Source of the DNA: Longimicrobiales bacterium
GTDB lineage: Bacteria; Gemmatimonadota; Gemmatimonadetes; Longimicrobiales; Gaopeijiaceae
Direction: 5' to 3'
Assembly (NCBI GenBank): GCA_965218295.1
Contig: CBDCKN010000013.1
Span: 224,001-288,000 of the forward strand
DNA: 64,000 bases
In this document: in pieces, positions 1 through 7,607 of the stretch
Numbering within the stretch: position 1 is the stretch's first letter
How the letters are laid out: every line of letters begins with the position of its first letter
Notes under the pieces: model-generated
Database searches by the model: none
Seen by the model: only the letters and a program-made list of their open reading frames with translations
What the model was told of the DNA's origin: nothing
Program-made: the position numbers and the translations under genes

Positions 1-1
1 T

Positions 2-1438
2 TTCAAGAGCAGACCGCCGCTTCCTGAACAGAGATTTCGCTTGGTGTTGTGCTGGTTGCAACACGATGCTGCCGGACGTGACACGAGCACGGTCGAAGAG
101 GCCTTCACTGGCGTTGAGGGCATCGAATTGGTCCGCTCTGCCCGTGTCGTGTCAGCACTTGGTGCTGCGTACGATTGGCGGCCAGCCATGCGGAAGGGCA
201 CCCTCACAGTGTTGAAAACGTGGAATGCCGACTTGGCAGTCGTCGGTTCGGTCAAAGATCCCGGAAAAGCACTAAATTTGTGGTTCGTGCCGCGCGAGGG
301 GGACGGCACACTTCATCGAGCGGACCTGCCTTACGAGTTGGTTAACGTGAGGCTGCAGGATGACTTCCACGAGGATCTCCGTGCTCAGCTCACCGCCGAG
401 GCGCTGAGAGTTGCAGCGCCGATCACGGGAACGGAAGCACGCGGCCGGGTGCTGGAGAAGGGCCTGAACGGCGTCATCAAGAAGATCGCCGCCCTGCTCG
501 AAGGCGGTACGGTCGAATCGGAGCGTCGCGCCTCCCTGCATATGGCGTTTGGCGTCGCCCTGGCGACCCTGGGTGAGCGGGAGCCCGGGACAGAGCGCCT
601 TGAGCAGGCCGTGGATGCCTTCACCGAGGCGCTCAAGGAGCAGACGCGCGATCGGGTGCCCCTCGACTGGGCTACGACGCAAAACAACCTCGGCGTCGCC
701 CTTGAGACCCTAGGCGAGCGGGAAAGCGGGACAGAGCGCCTTGAGCAGGCCGTGGATGCCTATGCTGAGGCGCTCAACGAGCGGACGCGCGATCGAGTAC
801 CCCTCGACTGGGCTATGACGCAGAACAACCTCGGCGCCGCCCTTACGGCCTTGGGCGAGCGAGAAAGCGGGACAGAGCGCCTTGAGCAGGCCGTGGATGC
901 CCACACCGAGGCGCTCGAGGAATGGACGCGCGATCGAGTGCCCCTCAACTGGGCTATGACGCAAAACAACCTCGGCGTCGCCCTTTCGGCCATGGGCGAG
1001 CGGGAAAGCGGGACAGAGCGCCTTGAGCAGGCCGTGGATGCCTATGCTGAGGCGCTCAAGGAGCAGACGCGCGATCGAGTGCCTCTCAACTGGGCCGCGA
1101 CGCAAAACAACCTCGGCGGCGCCCTTACGGCCCTGGGCGAGCGGGAAAGCGGGACAGAGCGCCTTGAGCAGGCCGTGGATGCCTATGCTGAGGCGCTCAA
1201 GGAATGGACGCGCGATCGAGTGCCCCTCAACTGGGCTATGACGCAGAACAACCTCGGCGTCGCCCTTACGGCCTTGGGCGAGCGAGAGAGCGGGACAGAG
1301 CGCCTTGAGCAGGCTGTGGATGCCTTCACCGAGGCGCTCAAGGAGCGGACGCGCGATCGAGTACCCCTCGACTGGGCTATGACGCAGAACAACCTCGGCG
1401 CCGCCATTCGGATCTTGCGTGAGCGGGGCAGGCGGTAG
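2..1438 (+). CDS. Tetratricopeptide-repeat protein with 47-aa tandem repeats; 5' end runs off the window
   Basis: Frame is open from base 2. Repeats RDRVPLxWAxTQNNLGxALxxLGERESGTERLEQAVDAxxEAL are TPR-like. Confidence 0.85.
   Translation, partial: FKSRPPLPEQRFRLVLCWLQHDAAGRDTSTVEEAFTGVEGIELVRSARVVSALGAAYDWRPAMRKGTLTVLKTWNADLAVVGSVKDPGKALNLWFVPREGDGTLHRADLPYELVNVRLQDDFHEDLRAQLTAEALRVAAPITGTEARGRVLEKGLNGVIKKIAALLEGGTVESERRASLHMAFGVALATLGEREPGTERLEQAVDAFTEALKEQTRDRVPLDWATTQNNLGVALETLGERESGTERLEQAVDAYAEALNERTRDRVPLDWAMTQNNLGAALTALGERESGTERLEQAVDAHTEALEEWTRDRVPLNWAMTQNNLGVALSAMGERESGTERLEQAVDAYAEALKEQTRDRVPLNWAATQNNLGGALTALGERESGTERLEQAVDAYAEALKEWTRDRVPLNWAMTQNNLGVALTALGERESGTERLEQAVDAFTEALKERTRDRVPLDWAMTQNNLGAAIRILRERGRR
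551..1396 (+). repeat. Six near-identical 141-bp intragenic tandem repeats
   Basis: Equivalent GGC codons at 551, 692, 833, 974, 1115, 1256 and 1397, an exact 141-bp period. Confidence 0.95.
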
Positions 1439-1894
1439 TCGGCCCGCGGCAACCGAGGCGGCTCGACTAGCCCGGATCCGTCACCAGGGGTGCTGAGAGT
1501 GCGGGATCTCGCCTTGCGGAAGAGCGGTGGGGCGAGGTCAGGGTGCGGTGCGTCCTCGGGGAAGGTGGGAAGCAGCGATTTGGATGCTGTGCGGGGCGAT
1601 GTATCCGTGAGGCGTGCGTGAACCGGGAATGCAGCGGACGCCGAGCACCGCCCCGGAGTGAACCCATCCGAGGCGCAGGGGGGGCGAGGCTCAGAGGCGT
1701 TACGCGGGTGCTGGGTGTAGCTGCTCGGCGGCGGTGGCGAGGTTGCGAGCGACCCGTTTGAAGAGTGCCGGCTTCCTGCCCGAGGGTGATCCGGTCGCCT
1801 GCGCCGAGTTCGGTGCCTGCTCGCTGCGCCGAGGAGGGTGTTCCATTCATTTCCATTCTCTCTCTTGGTCCCATCCTTCATCTCTCTGCCTCCG

Positions 1895-2113
1895 AAATCA
1901 CCTTCTGGTGTCCCGCTCATCACGGCCAAGGTTGTGAAGAGAGGACGGATCAGTAGGCCTACAGAATTCATTGCAATTGAGAACTATGGCTCTTGGATGC
2001 AACGTGGCATTCCCCGACCGGGTGATGTCTTAATTACGACTGAAGCACCATTGGGAGAAGTTGCACAGCTCTACCACCAGCGCGTTGCTCCGGCACAACG
2101 ACTTATCCTATTG
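1895..2113 (+). pseudogene. hsdS: Type I restriction-modification specificity subunit (HsdS) fragment, cut by IS256
   Basis: GVPLITAKVVKRGRI...GIPRPGDVLITTEAPLGEVAQL resembles an HsdS target-recognition domain. Lower GC; ends at the IS256 IRL. Confidence 0.65.
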
Positions 2114-2274
2114 GAGTTAGGATCAAAGGCATCATAGGGGCATGGCGACCGCTACCGGTACCGATCAGCAGCTAAGCAGCCCGAAGACGAAGAGGCGTTC
2201 TCCTCCGGGAACGGGTGCGCGTTCATCATTGTTCGCGCAAGGAAGCAACCCACCTATCCAAGAGGAGGATGCCG

Positions 2275-3330
2275 ATGGAGAGATATATCGGACTCGACGC
2301 ACACGCGTCGAGCTGCACGCTGGGGATCGTAGGACCCAGCGGAAAACGTTTGGGCTCGCAGGTGGTGGAAACGAACGCGCGGGCGCTGATCGAGGTGCTG
2401 CGAGGGATTCCGAGGAACCAGCACTTGTGCCTGGAAGAAGGGACGCTGTCGGGGTGGCTGTACGAGGTGCTGGAGCCGCACGTGGAGGAGCTAACGGTGG
2501 CGGGGGTCGGCAAGAGCCGGGGCCCGAAGACCGACAAGCTGGACGCGTTTGCCCTGGCGGAGAAGCTTCGGATCAGATCACTGGAGACGAGGGTCTACAA
2601 GAACCGGGGCCAGTTCAGGCGGCTGGGGGAACGGGCGAAGAGCTACGACTTCCTGGTCGGCGACACGGTGCGGGTGAAGAACCGGCTCAAGAGCGTGCTG
2701 CGCTCGAGAGGAGTGGCCTACGGCGCGGGGCGCTCGGTCTACTTGAAGCGCGACCGGGAGGAGTGGTTGGCCAAGCTGCCGGAAGCGAGCAGGGCGACGG
2801 CCGGGTTGCTGTACGAGGAGCACGACGCACTCGTGGCATTGAGGGCGAAGGCCGAGAAGGCGTTGCTGGCGGAAGCACGCAAGCATCGAGAGTGGCATGT
2901 GCTGAAGACGTGCCCGGGTCTGGGTCCGATCCGGACGGCGGAGCTCCTGCCGGTGGTGGTGACGCCGTACCGGTTCCAGAGCCGGAGCAGATTCTGGGCG
3001 TACTGCGGACTGGGCGTGGTGATGCGGAGCTCGTCGGACTGGGTGCGGGGTCCGGGTGGGCGGTGGGTAAGGGAAGCGGTACAGCAGACGCGGGGGCTGA
3101 ATCGGAACTTCAACCACACGCTGAAGCGTGTGTTCAAGGGCGCGGCGACGACGGTGATCGGTCGGGCCGAAAACGAACCCTTGTACCGCCACTACGAGCG
3201 ACTCCTGGAGGGGGGCACGAAGCCGAATCTGGCGAAGCTGACGATCGCGCGTCAGCTCGCCTTGATCGTGCTAGCGGTGTGGCGCACGGGCGAAGCGTAC
3301 GACCCCAAGAGACTGGAAGCGACGGAGTAA
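2275..3330 (+). CDS. IS110-family DEDD recombinase/transposase
   Basis: AGGAGG RBS then MERYIGLDAH, LEEG, KTDKLDA (DEDD), CPGLGPI and YCGL...RSSS motifs. Frame intact. Confidence 0.95.
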   Translation: MERYIGLDAHASSCTLGIVGPSGKRLGSQVVETNARALIEVLRGIPRNQHLCLEEGTLSGWLYEVLEPHVEELTVAGVGKSRGPKTDKLDAFALAEKLRIRSLETRVYKNRGQFRRLGERAKSYDFLVGDTVRVKNRLKSVLRSRGVAYGAGRSVYLKRDREEWLAKLPEASRATAGLLYEEHDALVALRAKAEKALLAEARKHREWHVLKTCPGLGPIRTAELLPVVVTPYRFQSRSRFWAYCGLGVVMRSSSDWVRGPGGRWVREAVQQTRGLNRNFNHTLKRVFKGAATTVIGRAENEPLYRHYERLLEGGTKPNLAKLTIARQLALIVLAVWRTGEAYDPKRLEATE

Positions 3331-3399
3331 ACCGGGCCGGGATCGGCGAGCGTGGGGTCGAAAGCGGTCACAACATGGGGTCCGACGAAACGGAAGCGA

Positions 3400-3545
3400 A
3401 CCGGTTACAGGGGACAGCATCCATACACACCGTGGGCCGGGGCAGAGAGCCCAAGCCCCCACTCAAAGGCTATGCACCCCTGGAGAGCCGAACGAAGCGA
3501 TGGGCCACAGAGTCCCAGATAGAAGGATGGTTCCCGCTCCAGAGC
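3400..3545 (+). ncRNA. Predicted bridge/seek RNA core (target-binding loop plus donor-binding loop)
   Basis: Stem CAGGGG..GCAT/ATGC.CCCCTG with inner GTGGG/CCCAC encloses TACACACC (3424-3431) and TCAAAGG (3463-3469), matching both strands of the target. A second stem GGAG..GAAC/GTTC..CTCC with inner TGGG/CCCA encloses ATAGAAGG (3519-3526), matching the element's right end plus core. RNA ends are approximate. Confidence 0.8.
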
Positions 3546-3696
3546 GGAGAACGCGACGGCTGTGAACGTCTTCCGGACTGCGATGCGGACCCTGCGAGCG
3601 CACCCCTCCCCACCCTGAGTCGTCGACCGGGCAATCCAAACCATGCGGACGCCGACGGTCAAAAAATGAGCCGACGGCGCGTGGGGAAGGTGCGTC

Positions 3697-3719
3697 TTGA
3701 CCGCCAGCCCCATAGAAGG
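3697..3719 (+). promoter_or_regulatory. -35 half of a circle-junction promoter of the IS110 element
   Basis: TTGACC (3697-3702) plus 17 bp through the AAGG core would abut CATCAT (2130-2135) upon circularisation. Confidence 0.7.
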
Positions 3720-3846
3720 GTGTGTAAAAAGAGCGGCGACGTACCTTTGCGCTGAGATTTAAACCAGCGAGCCCGGGTGACAGCCCAATCGGTATCCTCG
3801 GCCGCCCAATCCCGGAACGACGACCGGAAGCCGTGCGGCACGGCCG

Positions 3847-5047
3847 ATGTGGGAGACGCTCGAGGGGATGGTTAGGGAGAAGGCGCAGGAGTGCATCCAA
3901 CAGATCATGGAGGAGGAAGTCACGGAGTTATTAGGCCGGGAGAAGTCAGAGCGCAGGAGTACGGTGGACTCGGTCGAGGGCTACGGCAACGGATATGGCA
4001 AGCCGAGGCGGTTGGCGATGAGCTCGGGCACGATCACACTCCGACGCCCTCGGGTTCGGGGCGTCGAGGAGCGGTTCGAGAGTCGGGTGCTGCCGTTGTT
4101 CGCGAGGCGGACGCAGGAGCTGGGCGCTCTGCTTCCGGAGCTGTATCTGCATGGGCTGGCAGAGGGAGACTTCGAGCTGGCGATGCGGGGACTGCTAGGC
4201 GAGGGGGCACCGCTGTCGAAGTCTTCGATTCGGAGACTGCGGGCGGGATGGACGGCGGAGTTCGAGGAATGGAGCCAGCGTCGCCTGGAGGGCCGTGAGG
4301 TCGTCTACGTATGGGCGGACGGGATCTACGTGAAGGCAGGGCTCGAGCGGGACAAGGCGCTGCTGCTGGTGGTGCTGGGCGCGATGCGAGACGGGACGAA
4401 GGAGGTGTTGGCCCTGAGATCGGGCTACCGAGAGTCGGTCGAGTCCTGGTCCGAGGTGTTGCGGGATGTGAAGGCACGCGGCATCGAGGCGCTCCGGCTT
4501 CTGATGGCGGACGGTAACGCGGCGATCTGGGGCGCAGTACGGCAGATATGGCCTGAGGCGGGCGAGCAACGGTGCTGGAACCACAAGATGAGGAACGTGC
4601 TGGACCGGCTGCCTCAGCGGGAGCAGAGCGAGGCGAAGGATCTTCTCAGGGACCGTGGTCTACGCACCGAGCCGGGCCGAGGCTGTGAAGGCCCGCGAAG
4701 TGTTCGCCAGGCGCTACAGGCCGTGGTATCCGAAGGCGGTGGACGTACTCGAGGACGACTGGGAGCGGATGGTGGCGTTCTACGACTTCCCCGAGGATCA
4801 CTGGAAGCATCTACGCACGACGAACGTGGTCGAGAGCCCGTTCGCTGCGCTACGGCTCAGGACGACGGCGGCGAAGCGATTCAAGCGGGTCGAGAGCGCT
4901 ACGGCGCTGATCCGGAAGTTGCTCTTGGTGGCCGAGAAGCGGTTCCGAAGGCTCGACGCTCCTCACCTCCTCAAGGACGTGTTTGAAGGAAGGAAGTTCG
5001 AAGACGGAAAGCCCGTCTCAACCCAACAGCGGAAAAACGCCGCCTGA
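3847..5047 (+). pseudogene. IS256-family transposase, frameshifted near 4650 and with an altered 5' end
   Basis: ORFs 3847-4986 and 4655-5047 together match the intact transposase at 20638-21882. Confidence 0.9.
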
Positions 5048-5076
5048 TACGTTTACACACCTATTGACCCAACCTC

Positions 5077-5225
5077 CGGGCCAGACCGACCTCTGCCTCC
5101 CGCAGTGCAGTGATGATCTGCTCCGGAGTGTGTCGCTTCCTTCCCATCCTGACCTCCTCGCTGAAAAGCTTCAGACCAGGTCGATCCTAACATTGCACCT
5201 GGTCTCGTTTCAGGGGGGCAGGTCA
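5077..5225 (-). mobile_element. IS3-family left-end remnant truncated by IS256
   Basis: Minus strand begins TGACCTGCCCCCC, then an RBS and MGRKRHTPEQIITALREAEVGLA (typical OrfA start). Confidence 0.8.
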
Positions 5226-5357
5226 GTTCCGTAGCCCAGTATGGCACTAGCCCTCCTAATCTTGACACAGGTGAGCCATCCGGGCACCCTTTGCCGTGAG
5301 GCTGGGGGCTAACTGCCGCCTGGGCCGAGTTGCCTAGTACTGTCAAGGAGGCGAGCC

Positions 5358-6185
5358 ATGGCGCCCACATACCTCGACGCACGACCGATGCTCCTGCTCT
5401 GCGGAATGTCTCTTGTCCTCGCAGTAGGGGTCGGCACGCCGGCTCCGGTCCGTGCCCAGAATCAGACACCTGAGGAAATCGGGCTGCAGATCGCGCAGGG
5501 CGCGCGCGTGCGCGAGGAAGGATTCGGCAACTTTGCGGCGCAGCAGGTGATGGTGTTGCGGAACAGGCAGGGGCAGGAGAGCCGGCGTCGGCTCCAGGTG
5601 CAGGTTCTTGAAGTGCCGGACGGGGGCAATAGGAGCCTCTTCGTATTCGATGAACCGCGGGACGTACAGGGAACGGCGTTTCTGGTGCATGCCCAGCGTG
5701 AAGGCGCGGACGATCAGTGGCTCTACCTTCCCGCATTGAGGCGCGTCAAACGTATCAGCTCGGCGAACCAATCCGGCTCCTTCATGGGCAGCGAGTTTGC
5801 CTACGAAGACCTGACCCCGCAGGAAGTGGAGAGGTTCACGTACCGCCATCTGCGCGACGAGCCCTGCGGCGACCTGACCTGCACGGTCACGGAGCGCACA
5901 CCTATGGACACCGGGTCAAGCTACCGACGCCAGGTGGTTTGGCGCGACACGGACGAGCTTCGCGTCTGGAAGATCGAATACTACGACCGCAAGGATGACC
6001 ACCTGAAGACGCTCACCATGCGTGACTACACGCAGTACCTGGGTCGCTACTGGCGGGCCAGCGAAATGGAAATGGTGAATCACCTGACCGGCAAGAGCAC
6101 ACTATTGACCTGGACAGATTATGAGTTCCAGGCGGATCTCGACGACAGCGATTTCACACAGACGGGACTGAGACGAGCGAGGTGA
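5358..6185 (+). CDS. Outer-membrane lipoprotein-sorting (LolA-like) protein
   Basis: Signal peptide; F.EP.DV.GT.FL, DDQWLYLPALRRVKRI and SFMGSEFAYEDL motifs. Confidence 0.9.
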   Translation: MAPTYLDARPMLLLCGMSLVLAVGVGTPAPVRAQNQTPEEIGLQIAQGARVREEGFGNFAAQQVMVLRNRQGQESRRRLQVQVLEVPDGGNRSLFVFDEPRDVQGTAFLVHAQREGADDQWLYLPALRRVKRISSANQSGSFMGSEFAYEDLTPQEVERFTYRHLRDEPCGDLTCTVTERTPMDTGSSYRRQVVWRDTDELRVWKIEYYDRKDDHLKTLTMRDYTQYLGRYWRASEMEMVNHLTGKSTLLTWTDYEFQADLDDSDFTQTGLRRAR

Positions 6186-7495
6186 CGCACGTCCAAGAGG
6201 CTCTCTCCGGGAGTCTCCCGGCCAGCGCCGCCTGGGCTCTGGCTTCCTTGTTCGCCGTGTTTGTCGTCCACGCCCATGCCGCCGCCGGCCTGCAGGCCCA
6301 AGAAGCCGATGCGCCGCCGATCGAGTACGAGATCTCGGGGCGCGTGAGCGCTGAAGGCCGTTGGTTCCCCCAGGAGGGGGCCTTCGATGGCCAGAAGTCA
6401 CTCGCCGCGGGCTTTGTCACGGCGCTGAGGCTCGATTTAGAGAACGTCGTTGGCCAGAGTGTCGCGGTCGCCCCTTTCTTCCGCTACGACCACTCCGATC
6501 CACACCGAACGCACTTCGATCTGCACGAAGCGTATCTGCTGATGTTCGGCGACGTCGGTGCAAGCGGCTGGGAGCTGCGCATCGGTGCCGACCAGGTGTT
6601 CTGGGGCGTCACCGAATCGCAGCGTCTGGTCGACATCGTCAACCAAATCGACTTCGTCGAGCATCCGACCGGAGAAGCCAAGCTGGGGCAACCGATGGTG
6701 CACGCCACGTGGTTCGGCGACTGGGGCGCGTTCGAAGTATTCGGGATGCCATATCACCGCGCGCGGACGTTTCAAGGGCGTGAGGGCCGGCTGCGACTGC
6801 AGTTTGTCGTGGATGAGGAACGTATCGAGTACGAGAGAGGGGCCGGGCCGTGGCACCTGGATCTGGCCGCTCGCTACAGCCATAGCCTTGGGTTGCTCGA
6901 TCTGGGTCTGAGCGTATTTGACGGCCTGAGTCGGGAGCCCTTTCTGGTGCCGGTGGGCAATCCGGACGGAGTACTAGCCCTGCTCCAGCACTACGAGCAG
7001 ATCCGTCAGTTCGGGCTCGACGCCCAGGTGACGTTTGGCTCCTGGCTGCTGAAGCTGGAGGCAATTCAGCGTGCCGGTGCTCGAAATCTCTCCGGTGTAC
7101 AGGAAGACTATTTCGCTGCCGTCGTGGGTGGCGAGTACGCGTTCTATTCGGTCGCCGGCTCCGCAGCCGATCTGAGCCTGCTCGGCGAATGGAACTACGA
7201 CGGGCGGGGCCGTAGCGCGACGCCGAGCCGTTCGCCCGACACGCTAGAAAACGATCTCTTCTTTGCCGCGCGCCTCGCACTCAACGATGTCCACAGCACC
7301 GCGATTACTGCCGGCTTTTTCACAGACGTGAGCCGGGCCACCCGTACGCTAGCGCTCGAATTTGATCGGCGTCTTCTCGGCGAGTGGTCCCTGCGTGCGG
7401 AGGTCGTCACACTCCTTAGCGTCGACCCGGCGGATCTCCACTACCTGATGCGAAACGACAGTTTCCTCGACCTTAGCCTTACCTACAACTTCTAG
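6182..7495 (+). CDS. Putative outer-membrane beta-barrel protein
   Basis: Signal peptide, alternating aromatic/polar strands, C-terminal YNF; overlaps the upstream gene by 4 bp. Confidence 0.7.
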   Translation: MTHVQEALSGSLPASAAWALASLFAVFVVHAHAAAGLQAQEADAPPIEYEISGRVSAEGRWFPQEGAFDGQKSLAAGFVTALRLDLENVVGQSVAVAPFFRYDHSDPHRTHFDLHEAYLLMFGDVGASGWELRIGADQVFWGVTESQRLVDIVNQIDFVEHPTGEAKLGQPMVHATWFGDWGAFEVFGMPYHRARTFQGREGRLRLQFVVDEERIEYERGAGPWHLDLAARYSHSLGLLDLGLSVFDGLSREPFLVPVGNPDGVLALLQHYEQIRQFGLDAQVTFGSWLLKLEAIQRAGARNLSGVQEDYFAAVVGGEYAFYSVAGSAADLSLLGEWNYDGRGRSATPSRSPDTLENDLFFAARLALNDVHSTAITAGFFTDVSRATRTLALEFDRRLLGEWSLRAEVVTLLSVDPADLHYLMRNDSFLDLSLTYNF

Positions 7496-7607
7496 AGAAG
7501 CCGGGGTGAAGGTCAAACAGGACGCCCGGGACGCTGCAATCGCGGCTGAAGCCTCGTAGGTCCCCGACGCTGGCAGGGTTCCTAGACGACGGGAGCCATG
7601 AAGTCCT

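Larger units (their letters stand above)
2130..3719 (+). mobile_element. IS110-family (IS1111-type) element with AAGG core, imperfect sub-terminal IRs and a 3' non-coding region
   Basis: AAGG at 2126-2129 and 3716-3719; removing one copy plus the insert restores the IS256 IRL. Sub-terminal GGGGCATGGCG / CGCCAGCCCC. Confidence 0.9.
2114..5076 (+). mobile_element. IS256-family element (copy 1); left inverted repeat split by an IS110 insertion
   Basis: GAGTTAGGATCAAAGG (2114-2129) plus GTGTGTAAAAAGAG (3720 onward) rebuilds the IRL seen intact in copies 2 and 3. IRR GTTTACACACCTATTGACCCAACCTC ends at 5076. No matching TSD. Confidence 0.9.

Noticed and set aside
551..1396. 141-bp repeats as a CRISPR array or DGR template/variable repeats
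   Set aside because: The repeats are contiguous, in frame and have no spacers. No cas or reverse-transcriptase gene is present in the window.
1440..1890. Structured ncRNA or small gene downstream of the TPR gene
   Set aside because: No recognisable motif, fold or convincing ORF could be supported by eye.
2133..3715. CATAG direct repeat as the IS110 core
   Set aside because: Removing the insert at CATAG does not restore the IS256 IRL, whereas AAGG does and also yields a 17-bp-spaced junction promoter.
2142..3755. 537-aa ORF overlapping the IS110 transposase
   Set aside because: Alternative-frame ORF typical of high-GC DNA, with low-complexity Gly/Ala/Arg content and no motifs.
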